Assembly: GCA_026387335.1 (NCBI GenBank)
Contig: JAPLLX010000004.1
Coordinates: 255,045 to 319,044, forward strand
Origin: Candidatus Omnitrophota bacterium
GTDB lineage: Bacteria > Omnitrophota > Gorgyraeia > Gygaellales > Profunditerraquicolaceae
Direction of reading: 5' to 3'
DNA length: 64,000 nucleotides
Positions 9,060 through 21,433 of this stretch are shown one piece after another; position 1 is the stretch's first letter, and every line of letters starts with the position of its first letter. The translations under genes and the position numbers were made by a program. The notes beneath the pieces were generated by a model. It worked only from the letters and a program-made list of their open reading frames with translations. It did not search any database and was not told the DNA's origin.

Positions 9060-9602
9060 TTAAACCCTTAACTTTACCTCTTTTACTATTAAGTCGATCT
9101 CTGCCAAGCAGCCGACGCCCGTAGCACCGCAAGCCAGTTTTCCTTTTCGGGGCCCGATAAATTTATAACCTAATGATTTTAATTTTCCGATATTGGCCTG
9201 GGTAATCTTATTATTATACATATTTTCATTCATCGCCGGTGCGATTAACACGGGAGCTTTGGAGGCGCATATCACGCAAGTCAACAAATCATCGCAAATA
9301 CCGCAGGCGATTTTAGCGATAATATTGGCGGTTGCCGGAGCAATAAGAATTAGATCCGCCTTTGTAGCTAAAGAGATATGCTCAATATTCCAGGCCTGCG
9401 GGCCTGCAAATAATCCCCGGTAAACTTTATTCCCGGAAAGGCTCTCAAAGACAACCGGCCTTATAAGTTCTTCCGATTCCGGTGTCTGGATTACAGTAAC
9501 CGAGCAGCCTTCGTCTCTTAGCCGGCGGATTATATCGCAGGCTTTATAAATCGCGATACTGGCAGTTACGCCTAAAACAATATTTTTAACTTTTGCCGCC
9601 AT
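9060..9602 (-). CDS. coaC: Phosphopantothenoylcysteine decarboxylase (monofunctional CoaC flavoprotein)
   Basis: LGVTASIAIYKA, APATANIIAK, APAMNENM, GKLACG. Confidence 0.88.
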   Translation of the reverse strand: MAAKVKNIVLGVTASIAIYKACDIIRRLRDEGCSVTVIQTPESEELIRPVVFESLSGNKVYRGLFAGPQAWNIEHISLATKADLILIAPATANIIAKIACGICDDLLTCVICASKAPVLIAPAMNENMYNNKITQANIGKLKSLGYKFIGPRKGKLACGATGVGCLAEIDLIVKEVKLRV

Positions 9603-9605
9603 AAA

Positions 9606-9815
9606 TTATTCTTTTCCTTTTATTTTTTTAGCTTCGATCTTGCCAGCGGAAATTTCATGCAAGGCAACAGTAGAAGGCTTAATATTCGCTTTGTCGTCTA
9701 CAAGTTTGGGCTGTCCTTCGGCTATTTCTAATGCCCTCTTGGCCGCTAAATTTACCAGCTTATAAATTGATTTTTCGCTTTTATCCAGCATCTTCTCTCT
9801 TTCCATGTATCCCAT
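9606..9815 (-). CDS. rpoZ: RNA polymerase omega subunit
   Basis: SIYKLVNLAAKRA...KPSTVALHEI; follows gmk. Confidence 0.9.
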   Translation of the reverse strand: MGYMEREKMLDKSEKSIYKLVNLAAKRALEIAEGQPKLVDDKANIKPSTVALHEISAGKIEAKKIKGKE

Positions 9816-9818
9816 TCC

Positions 9819-10433
9819 TTATCCCCCCGCTATTGTCTTAAAACCAATTTCCTTTAATATAATCTCCTTTAGCCTCCCTGCGCTTTGCGACAAATTTTCA
9901 TTTTTCAAAACGTAATCGTATCTACGGGAATTTCTCAGCTCATCCCGGGCAAGTTTAATCCTCTTATTTACTTCCTCCTGTTTGGTCTTAGAACAACGGC
10001 CCTCTATCCTCTTGCGCAGCTCTTTTATAGACGGAGGAATAACGAATATCGTTACGGCGCTGTGCGGATATAGCTTCTTTAGTTTAAGCGCGCCTTTCAA
10101 GTCCAGGCAAAGAGCAAGATGCTTACCCTCTTTTAACCTCGCCTCCAGAAAGTCTTTTTTAGTGCCGTAATAATAACCTAAATACCGGGTCCATTCAAGG
10201 ATTTTTTTACCTTTATTCAGACGGTGGAAATCTTGCGGCTTAATAAAAAAATAGTCTTTGGAATGACGTTCCCCTGAACGCTTGGCCCGGGTAGTTACGG
10301 ATACGGATTTAGCCAGCTTGCCCTTTAACAACCGGTTAGCCAGGAGCCGTTTAAGCAGCGTGGTCTTCCCTGACCCTGAAGGCCCGGAAATAATAAAGAT
10401 TAAACCCCGTTTTTTATTCGCGTTGTCTTTCAC
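9819..10433 (-). CDS. gmk: Guanylate kinase
   Basis: SGPSGSGKTT, SVTTRAKR, YYGT. Confidence 0.94.
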   Translation of the reverse strand: MKDNANKKRGLIFIISGPSGSGKTTLLKRLLANRLLKGKLAKSVSVTTRAKRSGERHSKDYFFIKPQDFHRLNKGKKILEWTRYLGYYYGTKKDFLEARLKEGKHLALCLDLKGALKLKKLYPHSAVTIFVIPPSIKELRKRIEGRCSKTKQEEVNKRIKLARDELRNSRRYDYVLKNENLSQSAGRLKEIILKEIGFKTIAGG

Positions 10434-11260
10434 TACTCTATATTCTGCGCCTGTTCGCGGATTTTCTCAATCAAACTTTTCATTTTCAGGACCTGCGCGG
10501 ATACGCGGATATCAAAGGTCTTGGCAGCCAAAGTATTCGCCTCCCTCTGCATCTCCTGCGCGATAAAATCCAGCTCTTTTCCGACTGAGCCGCCTAGCGA
10601 AAGCTTGTTTTTAAAATTCCGGATATGAAAAACCAGCCTATCTATCTCTTCAGTCGTATCTGTCTCTTTTATAAAATTAGCCCGCTCTTCATCGCAGGTA
10701 AGCGCTTTTAGTTTCTCCTTTAGGGCAGTTTTCAGCCGCAGCTTGATGCCTACCAGCGTTTCTTTGAGTTCATCCGCTTGTTTGCGTAAATAACCCTGCA
10801 GGGCCCTTCCTTCTTTTAGCCGCGTCTTGGCTAAATTATTCACCGCTTCCTCTACGGCTATTTTTAATTTCGGCCAGATGCTTTCCGGAGAAACCCGCTC
10901 TTCCTCCAGGGCCAACACGCCGGGCAAATGGATCAGGGTATTGATATTTAACCTCTCTTCGATTCTAAATTCTTTCTTGATGCCGTCTATCTTCGCCAAA
11001 TATTTCTTCAACAAGGCTTTGTTAATAAAAACATCCCCCGCTCTCCTGCTGCTTATATTCAGGCTGCAGGTAACCCTGCCCCTTTTAATCCTGGACTCAA
11101 CAGCCTTTTTAATCCTCTCTTCCAGCGATAATGATCCCTCGGGTAGATGCAATAATATCTCCAGGAACTTATGGTTGGTGCTTCTTAATTCCACCGATAC
11201 TTTACCCAACGCTGGAATTATTGTTTCGTAACTTCCAAAACCGGTCATACTTTGAATCAT
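10433..11260 (-). CDS. yicC: YicC/YloC family endoribonuclease
   Basis: MIQSMTGFG, GKELDFIAQEMQREANT, EKIREQAQNIE. Confidence 0.93.
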   Translation of the reverse strand: MIQSMTGFGSYETIIPALGKVSVELRSTNHKFLEILLHLPEGSLSLEERIKKAVESRIKRGRVTCSLNISSRRAGDVFINKALLKKYLAKIDGIKKEFRIEERLNINTLIHLPGVLALEEERVSPESIWPKLKIAVEEAVNNLAKTRLKEGRALQGYLRKQADELKETLVGIKLRLKTALKEKLKALTCDEERANFIKETDTTEEIDRLVFHIRNFKNKLSLGGSVGKELDFIAQEMQREANTLAAKTFDIRVSAQVLKMKSLIEKIREQAQNIE

Positions 11261-11277
11261 TTTAATTATCCTCTTTT

Positions 11278-11781
11278 TTAAGCCCAGGTTTTCACTTTGT
11301 GTTCTTTGTATAAGAGTTCTTTCTGGGGATACAGCTCCACGATTATCTCTCCCGGCTCAAACCAAAGTTTTATCTCCCTGTTCGCTTCAGGCTCGTTTGA
11401 AGACACGTGGATAACATTTTCATAAACCCCCGACGTAGTGATGCGGCCATAAGATCCGCGTATGGAAGTAGGCTCTGCCTCTTCGGGATTAGTAGCACCG
11501 GCCAGCTCCCGGCATTTTTTTATCGCGTCCTCTCCCCAATAAACCAAAGCCAGCACCTTTTTCCGGTCATGGATTTCGCCTTGCAGGTATTTAACCAGCT
11601 CATTAAAAAAAGGCTTCTCTTTCAAATGCTTGTAATGCTCTTGGGCTAATTCCCGGGAAACGCGGACAATTTTAGCCGCGACAATTTCCAGCTTGGTCTC
11701 GGATAAACGGGTTAAAATATTCCCGGTCAGAGATTTTATAAGCCCGTCGGGTTTAATAAGAATTAATACTGCCTGCTCCAT
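11278..11781 (-). CDS. ndk: Nucleoside diphosphate kinase
   Basis: LIKPDG, GATNPEEAEPTSIRG, NVIHVS. Confidence 0.93.
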   Translation of the reverse strand: MEQAVLILIKPDGLIKSLTGNILTRLSETKLEIVAAKIVRVSRELAQEHYKHLKEKPFFNELVKYLQGEIHDRKKVLALVYWGEDAIKKCRELAGATNPEEAEPTSIRGSYGRITTSGVYENVIHVSSNEPEANREIKLWFEPGEIIVELYPQKELLYKEHKVKTWA

Positions 11782-12629
11782 TATTTGTTACCTCCTCTTA
11801 TGATTTTAGCGATTCTTTCTAAATCTTCCTGCGAATAAAATTCAATAAAAATGTGCCCCCGTTTTTTCATTTTGCTTATTCTCACCTTGGTGGACAAGGC
11901 ATGCTGCAATTCTTCCTCCAGAACTGCCAGGAACGGCTCGCGGCCGGAAGAAACCCTGCGCCTTAGCCCCTTAGGCCTATGCGTCTTAATTAAATTTTCC
12001 AGCTCCCTTACCGAAAGCCCTTTGGAAATTATCTCCTGAGTGAGCCTGCGCTGGGTGTTCGCGTCTTCTATTTCCAGAAGGGCCCGGCCATGCGCAAAAG
12101 AAATACGGCCCTTTTTTAACTCTTCCTGTATTTCGTGCGGAAGCTTAAGCAAGCGTAAAGTGTTGGCAATGGTTGTCCGAGCCTTACCCATCGCCTCACT
12201 TATTTTCTCCTGAGTCACTTGAAATTTATCTATCAGATGCTGATAGGCGTGCGCCTCTTCAATAGGGTTTAAACTCTCTCTTTGGATATTTTCTATTAAG
12301 GCGTATTCCAAGGCATCCCGGTCGTCAACATCTTTAACAATAAGTGGTATCTCTTTTAGCCCCAACAAGTTACAAGCACGTAACCTTCTCTCGCCGGCAA
12401 TTAATTCATAATTATCGCCTCTTCTCCTGACTAAAAGAGGCTGGATTACTCCTTTTTCCTTGATGGATTGAGCCAGCTCTGCAATATGCTCTTGGTTAAA
12501 CTCTTCCCGGGGCTGAAAAGGATTAGGTTTTATCTGATCAGATTGGACATAAAGTATCTCATTTTTAGCAGCTGCTTCTTTTTCTGGGATTAACGCGGTA
12601 ATGCCTTTACCTAAGGCTTTTCTCTCCAT
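11781..12629 (-). CDS. parB: Chromosome partitioning protein ParB
   Basis: PNPFQPR, LIAGERRLRA, IENIQRESLNPIEEA. Confidence 0.96.
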   Translation of the reverse strand: MERKALGKGITALIPEKEAAAKNEILYVQSDQIKPNPFQPREEFNQEHIAELAQSIKEKGVIQPLLVRRRGDNYELIAGERRLRACNLLGLKEIPLIVKDVDDRDALEYALIENIQRESLNPIEEAHAYQHLIDKFQVTQEKISEAMGKARTTIANTLRLLKLPHEIQEELKKGRISFAHGRALLEIEDANTQRRLTQEIISKGLSVRELENLIKTHRPKGLRRRVSSGREPFLAVLEEELQHALSTKVRISKMKKRGHIFIEFYSQEDLERIAKIIRGGNK

Positions 12630-13426
12630 TAAGACTCTCCTTTTGATTTAGCTGAATCCGGATCTAAGGGTAACCCCATAATCTCCCGGCATAATTCTTG
12701 ATATTTCTGCGCCCCCAATGAATCTTTATCGTAAAGGTAAATCGGCTTGCCAAAACTCGGCGCCTCGGTCAAGCGGATGTTGCGCGGAATTACGGTAGTA
12801 TAAACTTTATCTTTGAAATGCTTCCTCACTTCTTGGATGACTTCCTTAGTCAGATTCGTCCTAAAGTCAGCCATGGTTAAAAGAACGCCTTCAATAGTAA
12901 GCTGGGGATTAATATTATCTCTCACCAGCTTAATGGTGTTATTCAGTTGCGATAATCCTTCTAAGGCGTAATATTCGCACTGCACCGGTATAAGGACTGA
13001 ATCAGCCGCGCAGAGGCCATTAATCGTAAGCAGGCTCAGCGACGGCGGAGAATCAATAATGATGAAGTCAAATTCGGATTTGACTTTTTCCAACGCTTTT
13101 TTTAGCCGGTATTCTCTACCCAAAGAGCCAACAAGTTCCACCTCTGCTCCGGTAAGGTCCAAATTGGATGGCGCGATTAAAAGGTTTGGGATTGCGGTAG
13201 GTTGAAGAACATCTTTAATGTCCAATTCTTCCAGAAGAACATGATAAGTACTTTTTACAACATTATGTTTATTCAGGCCGCTGCCGCTAGTGGTATTTGC
13301 TTGGGGATCTAAATCTATAAGCATAACTCTCTTGCCGGCAACAGCAAGATATACAGCAATATTAATCGCCGAGGTAGTTTTACCTGTTCCACCCTTCTGA
13401 TTACAGATTGTAATTATCTTACCCAT
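12629..13426 (-). CDS. parA: Chromosome partitioning ATPase ParA/Soj
   Basis: NQKGGTGKTT, DLDPQAN, PVQCEYYALEG, EAPSFG. Confidence 0.96.
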   Translation of the reverse strand: MGKIITICNQKGGTGKTTSAINIAVYLAVAGKRVMLIDLDPQANTTSGSGLNKHNVVKSTYHVLLEELDIKDVLQPTAIPNLLIAPSNLDLTGAEVELVGSLGREYRLKKALEKVKSEFDFIIIDSPPSLSLLTINGLCAADSVLIPVQCEYYALEGLSQLNNTIKLVRDNINPQLTIEGVLLTMADFRTNLTKEVIQEVRKHFKDKVYTTVIPRNIRLTEAPSFGKPIYLYDKDSLGAQKYQELCREIMGLPLDPDSAKSKGES

Positions 13427-13448
13427 TGGTATTTATATAGTTACAAAT

Positions 13449-13464
13449 TGTTGGACGCGGAACA
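13449..13464. promoter_or_regulatory. Candidate degenerate parS site upstream of parA
   Basis: TGTTGGACGCGGAACA matches 13/16 of TGTTCCACGTGGAACA. Confidence 0.4.
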
Positions 13465-13498
13465 ATCCAATTTGAGATGTCTATTTTTGATTAATCTT

Positions 13499-13526
13499 AT
13501 TATCTTAAATTTGCTGAGATTGTCAA
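13499..13526 (-). promoter_or_regulatory. Promoter for parAB
   Basis: TTGACA-16 nt-GATAAT. Confidence 0.6.
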
Positions 13527-13529
13527 GCA

Positions 13530-13721
13530 TTATTTGTCTTTAATCACACTTACGCGCACCATAGCTGGCTTTGCGCCGGGCATACCAAAAAGCCCCTTCT
13601 CTTCATCAGTAAGAATCTCTATTTTTACTTTATTGCGGGGAAGTTGCAATTGGTGAAGGGCCTTCTTAATCGCCTCTTCTACAGTATTACCTTCTATCTC
13701 TATGCTTTTTCTGCCGGTCAT
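13530..13721 (-). CDS. Jag/EloR N-terminal-domain-only protein
   Basis: EIEGNTVEEAIKKAL...EILTDEEKGLFG..AKPAMVRV; canonical position after yidC; no KH or R3H domain. Confidence 0.85.
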   Translation of the reverse strand: MTGRKSIEIEGNTVEEAIKKALHQLQLPRNKVKIEILTDEEKGLFGMPGAKPAMVRVSVIKDK

Positions 13722-15241
13722 TTTGCCCTATTCATCCGGAGTTGGAATAACAACATAAGAATACTATTAATAAGCCAGTATAAAACTAGGCCAGAAGGCA
13801 TACGATAAAAGATAAAACCAAACATAACCGGCATAATAATAAGCATCATCTTTTGCTGTTCTGCGGAAGCTCCGCCGGATGCTGCTGAAGAAATCTTCTG
13901 CTGGAAGAACATACCGATAGCCATTATTATGGGTAAAATATTCAATTCATTACCTAATACCGGTAAAGATACCGGCAAGGTGAACAAGCGATCTGGTTCG
14001 GATAAATCCTTAATCCAGAGGAACTTGGCTCCTCTTAAAGCTACAGAGCGCATCAGAGCATTATACAAAGCAAAGAATATGGGCATTTGCAATATTAAGG
14101 GTAAGCATCCCCCAAAAGGATTAACCTTATGCAGTTTATAAAGTTCCATTATTTCTTTATTCATTTTCTGCGGGTTATCCTTATATTGCTTCCTAATCGC
14201 CTCTACTTTTGGCTGAATAGCCTGCATTTCCTTCATCGAGCGCATTTGTTTCAAGGAAAGCGGGTAAAGCAGTAAATAGACCAAGATACTTAAGATGATT
14301 ATGGCTAAACCCCAATTATGAAATAGGCGATATAAGAATTCCAGCGCCTGTAAAAGTATTTGCGAAATAAAGTCAAATGTTCCAAAATTGATAATACCGG
14401 CCCAATTTGGATTAACCTGGTTTATTGCTTTTAAGTCTTGGGGTCCCAGGTAAATATGAAATAAATGTCCAATCTGAGCTCCAGGTTGCAAAGTCAGAGC
14501 ATCTGTGCTTAACCCGACTTCAGATTCGACATTGCCAAGTTTTTTAATAAAACCGGAATAAGAATTACTTTCCGGCTCAACAATCAGACAAAAATAACGG
14601 TCTCTTAAACCCATTACTTTTAACTTATCTGATTTGTATTCTTTGGCTGCGGGCTTATGAAAAGATTTTTCTGGCGCGGAGAAATAGATATCTTGATAAC
14701 GGAGTTGCTCATTCTTGCTCGATAAATCCATAATTCCCAGAATAAGGGGGGAGTCGATGACAATGGGAGAGGAAGAAATATTTTGAATTTTAATCTGTAA
14801 GTCTAAGGCATAATTAGAGTTAGAGAATAAAAAATTCTTGGTGACCTTCTTTGCGCCATTCTGAGCAACAAAAGTAATTTCATTCTGGTTACTATTTACT
14901 TTTACATACTTTAGACTTCCATCATCAACCAAAAATCCCAATTTAAGAGGGAAGGGCTCATCGCGTTCCATTTTGAAAACTACTTTATTAATGGCGGCGC
15001 GCTGCTCATTAAAAAAGATCTCGGTATTCTTACGGCTTAGCTGAAGTAATGCCTGTTTCGGTTCTTCAACAGGCAGCCCCGGATTAACAATTTCTTGTTT
15101 AACCTGAACAGGTTCTTTTTGTTCCGTATAATTTGATGTAACTACTTTCTTATCAACTACTTGTGTCTTGGACACCAGGGCGGACCAACTCAACAAGACT
15201 ACCAAAGAAATTCCTATCGCCAGCAATAAACGTTTTTCCAT
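13718..15241 (-). CDS. yidC: Membrane protein insertase YidC
   Basis: NWGLAIIIL, VNPFGGCLPLILQMPIFFALY, PSGLVLYW. Confidence 0.96.
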   Translation of the reverse strand: MEKRLLLAIGISLVVLLSWSALVSKTQVVDKKVVTSNYTEQKEPVQVKQEIVNPGLPVEEPKQALLQLSRKNTEIFFNEQRAAINKVVFKMERDEPFPLKLGFLVDDGSLKYVKVNSNQNEITFVAQNGAKKVTKNFLFSNSNYALDLQIKIQNISSSPIVIDSPLILGIMDLSSKNEQLRYQDIYFSAPEKSFHKPAAKEYKSDKLKVMGLRDRYFCLIVEPESNSYSGFIKKLGNVESEVGLSTDALTLQPGAQIGHLFHIYLGPQDLKAINQVNPNWAGIINFGTFDFISQILLQALEFLYRLFHNWGLAIIILSILVYLLLYPLSLKQMRSMKEMQAIQPKVEAIRKQYKDNPQKMNKEIMELYKLHKVNPFGGCLPLILQMPIFFALYNALMRSVALRGAKFLWIKDLSEPDRLFTLPVSLPVLGNELNILPIIMAIGMFFQQKISSAASGGASAEQQKMMLIIMPVMFGFIFYRMPSGLVLYWLINSILMLLFQLRMNRAK

Positions 15242-15243
15242 AA

Positions 15244-15459
15244 TTACTCCAATGGATCATATCCGGATCTGCCGGAAAAAGGGTGACAGGCTAATAATCT
15301 CCTAGACCCCTTAAATGATCCTCTCCAAAATCCGTATTTTAAAATTGCCTGCCGGGTATATTCCGAACAGGAGGGACTGAAGCGGCAAGAGGCAGGTAAA
15401 TAGCCTCTTAAATACACCTGATAGGCCTTAATCAGGCCAAGTGACACCCGGGTTAACAT
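15244..15459 (-). CDS. yidD: Membrane protein insertion efficiency factor YidD
   Basis: CRFSPSCSEY, RLLACHPF..GYDP. Confidence 0.94.
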   Translation of the reverse strand: MLTRVSLGLIKAYQVYLRGYLPASCRFSPSCSEYTRQAILKYGFWRGSFKGSRRLLACHPFSGRSGYDPLE

Positions 15460-15596
15460 TAAATAGTAAGCCTTTTTCTGCCTTTTTGCCGGCGCCTGGC
15501 CAATAGCTTACGGCCGTTCTTAGTAGCCATCTTACTGCGAAACCCATGGCGTCTTTTCCCGACAATATTTGTGGGGGTCTTAAGATTTTTCTTCAT
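15459..15596 (-). CDS. rpmH: 50S ribosomal protein L34 (45 aa, not in ORF track)
   Basis: [45 protein letters not shown]; SD AAGGAG; TAATG overlap with yidD. Confidence 0.95.
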   Translation of the reverse strand: MKKNLKTPTNIVGKRRHGFRSKMATKNGRKLLARRRQKGRKRLTI

Positions 15597-15689
15597 TATA
15601 TTACTCCTTAAACAAGCGCAAAACGCCAGAGGCAACGCTTGTTTACTCCGTGCTATGCACGGAGCTATTGTTATCTAGAATGGTTTTTA

Positions 15690-15717
15690 ATTATAACATA
15701 AACGCTTTTGCCGTCAA
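15690..15717 (-). promoter_or_regulatory. rpmH promoter
   Basis: TTGACG-16 nt-TATAAT. Confidence 0.7.
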
Positions 15718-15742
15718 CCAGTAATTTGGCCGGCCAGGAGAA

Positions 15743-16101
15743 TTGCGCACATTTATTCAGGAGTTATCCCCAATTCCGTCGGGAAAACCATCCCCGGGAT
15801 TAACGGAAACGCAACGCCCGGCTGTAATTTTTTTATGGCATTATTTTTTGCCCGTACTTTCTTTTGGGCGATCTTCTTTCTTATTGACGCGCTGACAAAT
15901 TATTGTATAATGATTGACGTTTATCTTTTTTACTTGCAAGTTGTTTCGCTTCTGCTATAATTATTGGACCGGAGAAGGAAACGGCCATAGAGAAGACCTG
16001 TTGGTAAGGGAATTTTAGGCAAAAATTTAGCCTAAGCTATATCCGCAAAGATGAATTTAGTTTCCACAGATTTATTCAAGGTGTTAATAAACTGTTAATA
16101 A
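15743..16101. other. oriC part 1: degenerate DnaA-box clusters upstream of dnaA
   Basis: TTGCGCACA/TTATTCAGG/TTATCCCCA (15743-15772); GTTTCCACA, TTATTCAAG and 2x TGTTAATAA (16060-16101); gene orientation switches here. Confidence 0.7.
15884..15961 (+). promoter_or_regulatory. Tandem dnaA promoters
   Basis: TTGACG-16-TATAAT (15884-15911) and TTGCAA-16-TATAAT (15934-15961). Confidence 0.65.
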
Positions 16102-16108
16102 CGAGAAA

Positions 16109-17449
16109 ATGGCTGAAATCACTCAAGCATGGAAACAGGTTCAGGACCAGATTCAAGAAGCCCTTGGCTTGACTATCTTTGAAACTTGGATTTTACCACT
16201 TAAGGCAATATCTCTGAACCAGGACTTATTGGTTTTAGAGGCGCCGGATACTTTCTTTAGGGACTGGGTGAAGAAAAATTACAGCTCAATCATTGAGAAC
16301 GCCTTTAGCGCGGCGGGGTTGGGAAAAATTAAAGTGGAGGTAGAAGCCAGTAGCGCGGTGAGCGCTGAACCCGACCGGGAACTACCGGCTAAAACCCTAA
16401 CCCAGGCTACCCGCGATAATCAGTACGGTTTAAACTTAAACAGCCGCTACACGTTTGACAATTTTGTTATCGGGCCTTCTAACCGGCATGCCCACGCCTA
16501 CTCTATAGCCGTGGCGGATTCTCTGGCCAAAACCTATAATCCCTTATTTATCTACGGCGGGGTGGGGTTAGGCAAAACTCATTTAATCCAGGCCATCTGC
16601 CATCAAATAAAAAATAAACTGGGAGACAGTTTAAAAATTGCCTACCTGCCATCGGAACAATTTACCAATGAGCTTATTAGCGCCATACAGCGCCACTCCA
16701 CAGCGGCTTTCCGGCAAAAATACCGGAACACCGACGTCCTAGTTATTGATGATGTGCATTTTTTTGGCGGGAAAGATTCTACCCAGGAAGAATTCTTTAA
16801 TACCTTTAACGTGTTATATGACGCGCACAAGCAAATAATTTTATCGTCGGATAGGCCGCCCAAGGAAATCGCGGATTTACAGGACCGGCTGGTTTCGCGT
16901 TTTGGCTGGGGGCTGACTACAGATATACAACCTCCGGACCTGGAAACGCGAGTGGCGATATTAAAGAAAAAAATTGAGCGCGAGCCGGTCTCTGTACCCG
17001 ACGACGTTATATTTTTTATTGCCCAGTTAATTAAAACTAATATCCGGGAGCTGGAAGGCGCTTTAGTCAGGACCATGGCTTATTCTTTAATGGAAGAAAA
17101 ACCCATAACTCTGAATTTAACCAAAGAGGTCCTGAAAGACCTCTTGAAAGAACCGAAGAAATTAATAACCGTGGATTTTATTCAACGCTGCGTTGCCGAA
17201 GACTTCGGTATTGCTTTGGCAGAACTCAAAGCCAAAAAAAGAAATAAGACAATAGTCTTACCTCGGCAAATAGCTATGTATTTAAGCAGGGAGTTAACGG
17301 ATCTATCCTTGCCTGAGATTGGCCAGTTTTTTGGCGGGAAAGACCACACAACAGTCTTGCATTCTTATAATAAAATAAAAGGGGAGTTGGGGGAGAACCC
17401 ATCCTTACAGGAAAAGGTAGAACGTATTATACAAATAGTCAAACATTAA
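16109..17449 (+). CDS. dnaA: Chromosomal replication initiator DnaA
   Basis: [33 protein letters not shown]. Confidence 0.98.
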   Translation: MAEITQAWKQVQDQIQEALGLTIFETWILPLKAISLNQDLLVLEAPDTFFRDWVKKNYSSIIENAFSAAGLGKIKVEVEASSAVSAEPDRELPAKTLTQATRDNQYGLNLNSRYTFDNFVIGPSNRHAHAYSIAVADSLAKTYNPLFIYGGVGLGKTHLIQAICHQIKNKLGDSLKIAYLPSEQFTNELISAIQRHSTAAFRQKYRNTDVLVIDDVHFFGGKDSTQEEFFNTFNVLYDAHKQIILSSDRPPKEIADLQDRLVSRFGWGLTTDIQPPDLETRVAILKKKIEREPVSVPDDVIFFIAQLIKTNIRELEGALVRTMAYSLMEEKPITLNLTKEVLKDLLKEPKKLITVDFIQRCVAEDFGIALAELKAKKRNKTIVLPRQIAMYLSRELTDLSLPEIGQFFGGKDHTTVLHSYNKIKGELGENPSLQEKVERIIQIVKH

Positions 17450-17593
17450 ACCCCCAGGTTATTCAAGGTTATTTTTTGTTTTAGTTATGTTGAGTTGGAG
17501 TAGGTTGGGGGGTTTTGAACAGGTTGGTAAGTATCTTATTACTACTGCTTTTTAAGTATTATATTAAATAATGAATAGTAAGGAGAAAGAAAA
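17450..17593. other. oriC part 2: dnaA-dnaN spacer with DnaA-trio-like run and AT-rich unwinding region
   Basis: TTATTCAAG box-like motif, then TATTACTACTGCT followed by an AT-rich tract. Confidence 0.55.
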
Positions 17594-18685
17594 ATGAAAC
17601 TTAAGGTGGATAAAAGTATTTTATTGGGAGGGATACAAACCGTACAAAACGTAATCATAACTAAAGCTACCTTGCCCATATTATCCAATATTTTAATTGA
17701 GGCTCAAAGTAGTAGTTTAAGGCTTACAGCTACGGATTTAGATATTGGGATAAGCTGTGTAATACCTGTTGATGTCCAGGAACAGGGGGCGATCACTCTT
17801 CCAGCTAAAAGGTTTAGTGATATTATTAAAGAATTACCCGCGGATAGCGTTACTATAACCACTAAAAAAAATAACCAGGTTAATATTGAAACCGACTTAT
17901 GCCAGTTTAAAATTATGGGGTTAGCTAAAGAAGAGTTTCCTAAGTTGCCGGAATTTAAAGATAAAGAGGTTATCAAACTAGATCAGGCATTATTAAAAGG
18001 GGCCCTAACCCTGACTTCCTTTTCCGTCTCTATTGATGAATCGCGCTATATTTTAAACGGGATACTTTTTAAGGTCAATAAAAACAATCTGACCCTGGTG
18101 GCTACCGACGGTAAGAGGTTAGCGATTATGGAAAAGAAGTTAAACTCTAACCCGGAAAGAGATATTAGTATAATTGTGCCGGTGAAAACCATCCATGAAT
18201 TAAACCGGAATTTAAAAGAAAGCGGAGAGGTGTCTTTGGTGTTGGGAAGTAATCAGGTGTTGTTTGACTTAGGTAGCGTGATAGTGATTTCGCGCTTAAT
18301 CGAGGGCGAATTTCCGGACTACAAACAAGTGATTCCTGTAGCATCTGAAAATAAGGTGCGCCTGAATAAAGAGCAGTTTTTATTAGCGGTCAAAAGAGCG
18401 GCCTTATTATCTACGCCGGATTATCAAGCGGTCAAGTTTGAAGTTTTTAAGAATAAATTAGTGGTTTCTAAGTCTACTCCCGATGTAGGAGAATCGCGGG
18501 AAGAATTAGCGGTTGTCTATCAAGGGAAAGAGTTGGCCATAGGTTTTAATCCCTCTTATTTAATAGATGTTTTAAAAAACTTAAACGTTGAGGAGATAGA
18601 CCTGGAATTGACTGACGCGGAAAAACCCGGGGTTATCCGGATTAACGGATATGTTTATATTGTGTTGCCTATGCGCCTGAGTTAA
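17594..18685 (+). CDS. dnaN: DNA polymerase III beta clamp
   Basis: LPILSNILIE, VATDGKRL, SRLIEGEFPDY, VLPMRL. Confidence 0.97.
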   Translation: MKLKVDKSILLGGIQTVQNVIITKATLPILSNILIEAQSSSLRLTATDLDIGISCVIPVDVQEQGAITLPAKRFSDIIKELPADSVTITTKKNNQVNIETDLCQFKIMGLAKEEFPKLPEFKDKEVIKLDQALLKGALTLTSFSVSIDESRYILNGILFKVNKNNLTLVATDGKRLAIMEKKLNSNPERDISIIVPVKTIHELNRNLKESGEVSLVLGSNQVLFDLGSVIVISRLIEGEFPDYKQVIPVASENKVRLNKEQFLLAVKRAALLSTPDYQAVKFEVFKNKLVVSKSTPDVGESREELAVVYQGKELAIGFNPSYLIDVLKNLNVEEIDLELTDAEKPGVIRINGYVYIVLPMRLS

Positions 18686-18697
18686 CGCGCTCATTTA

Positions 18698-21432
<2,735 letters not shown>

Positions 21433-21433
21433 T

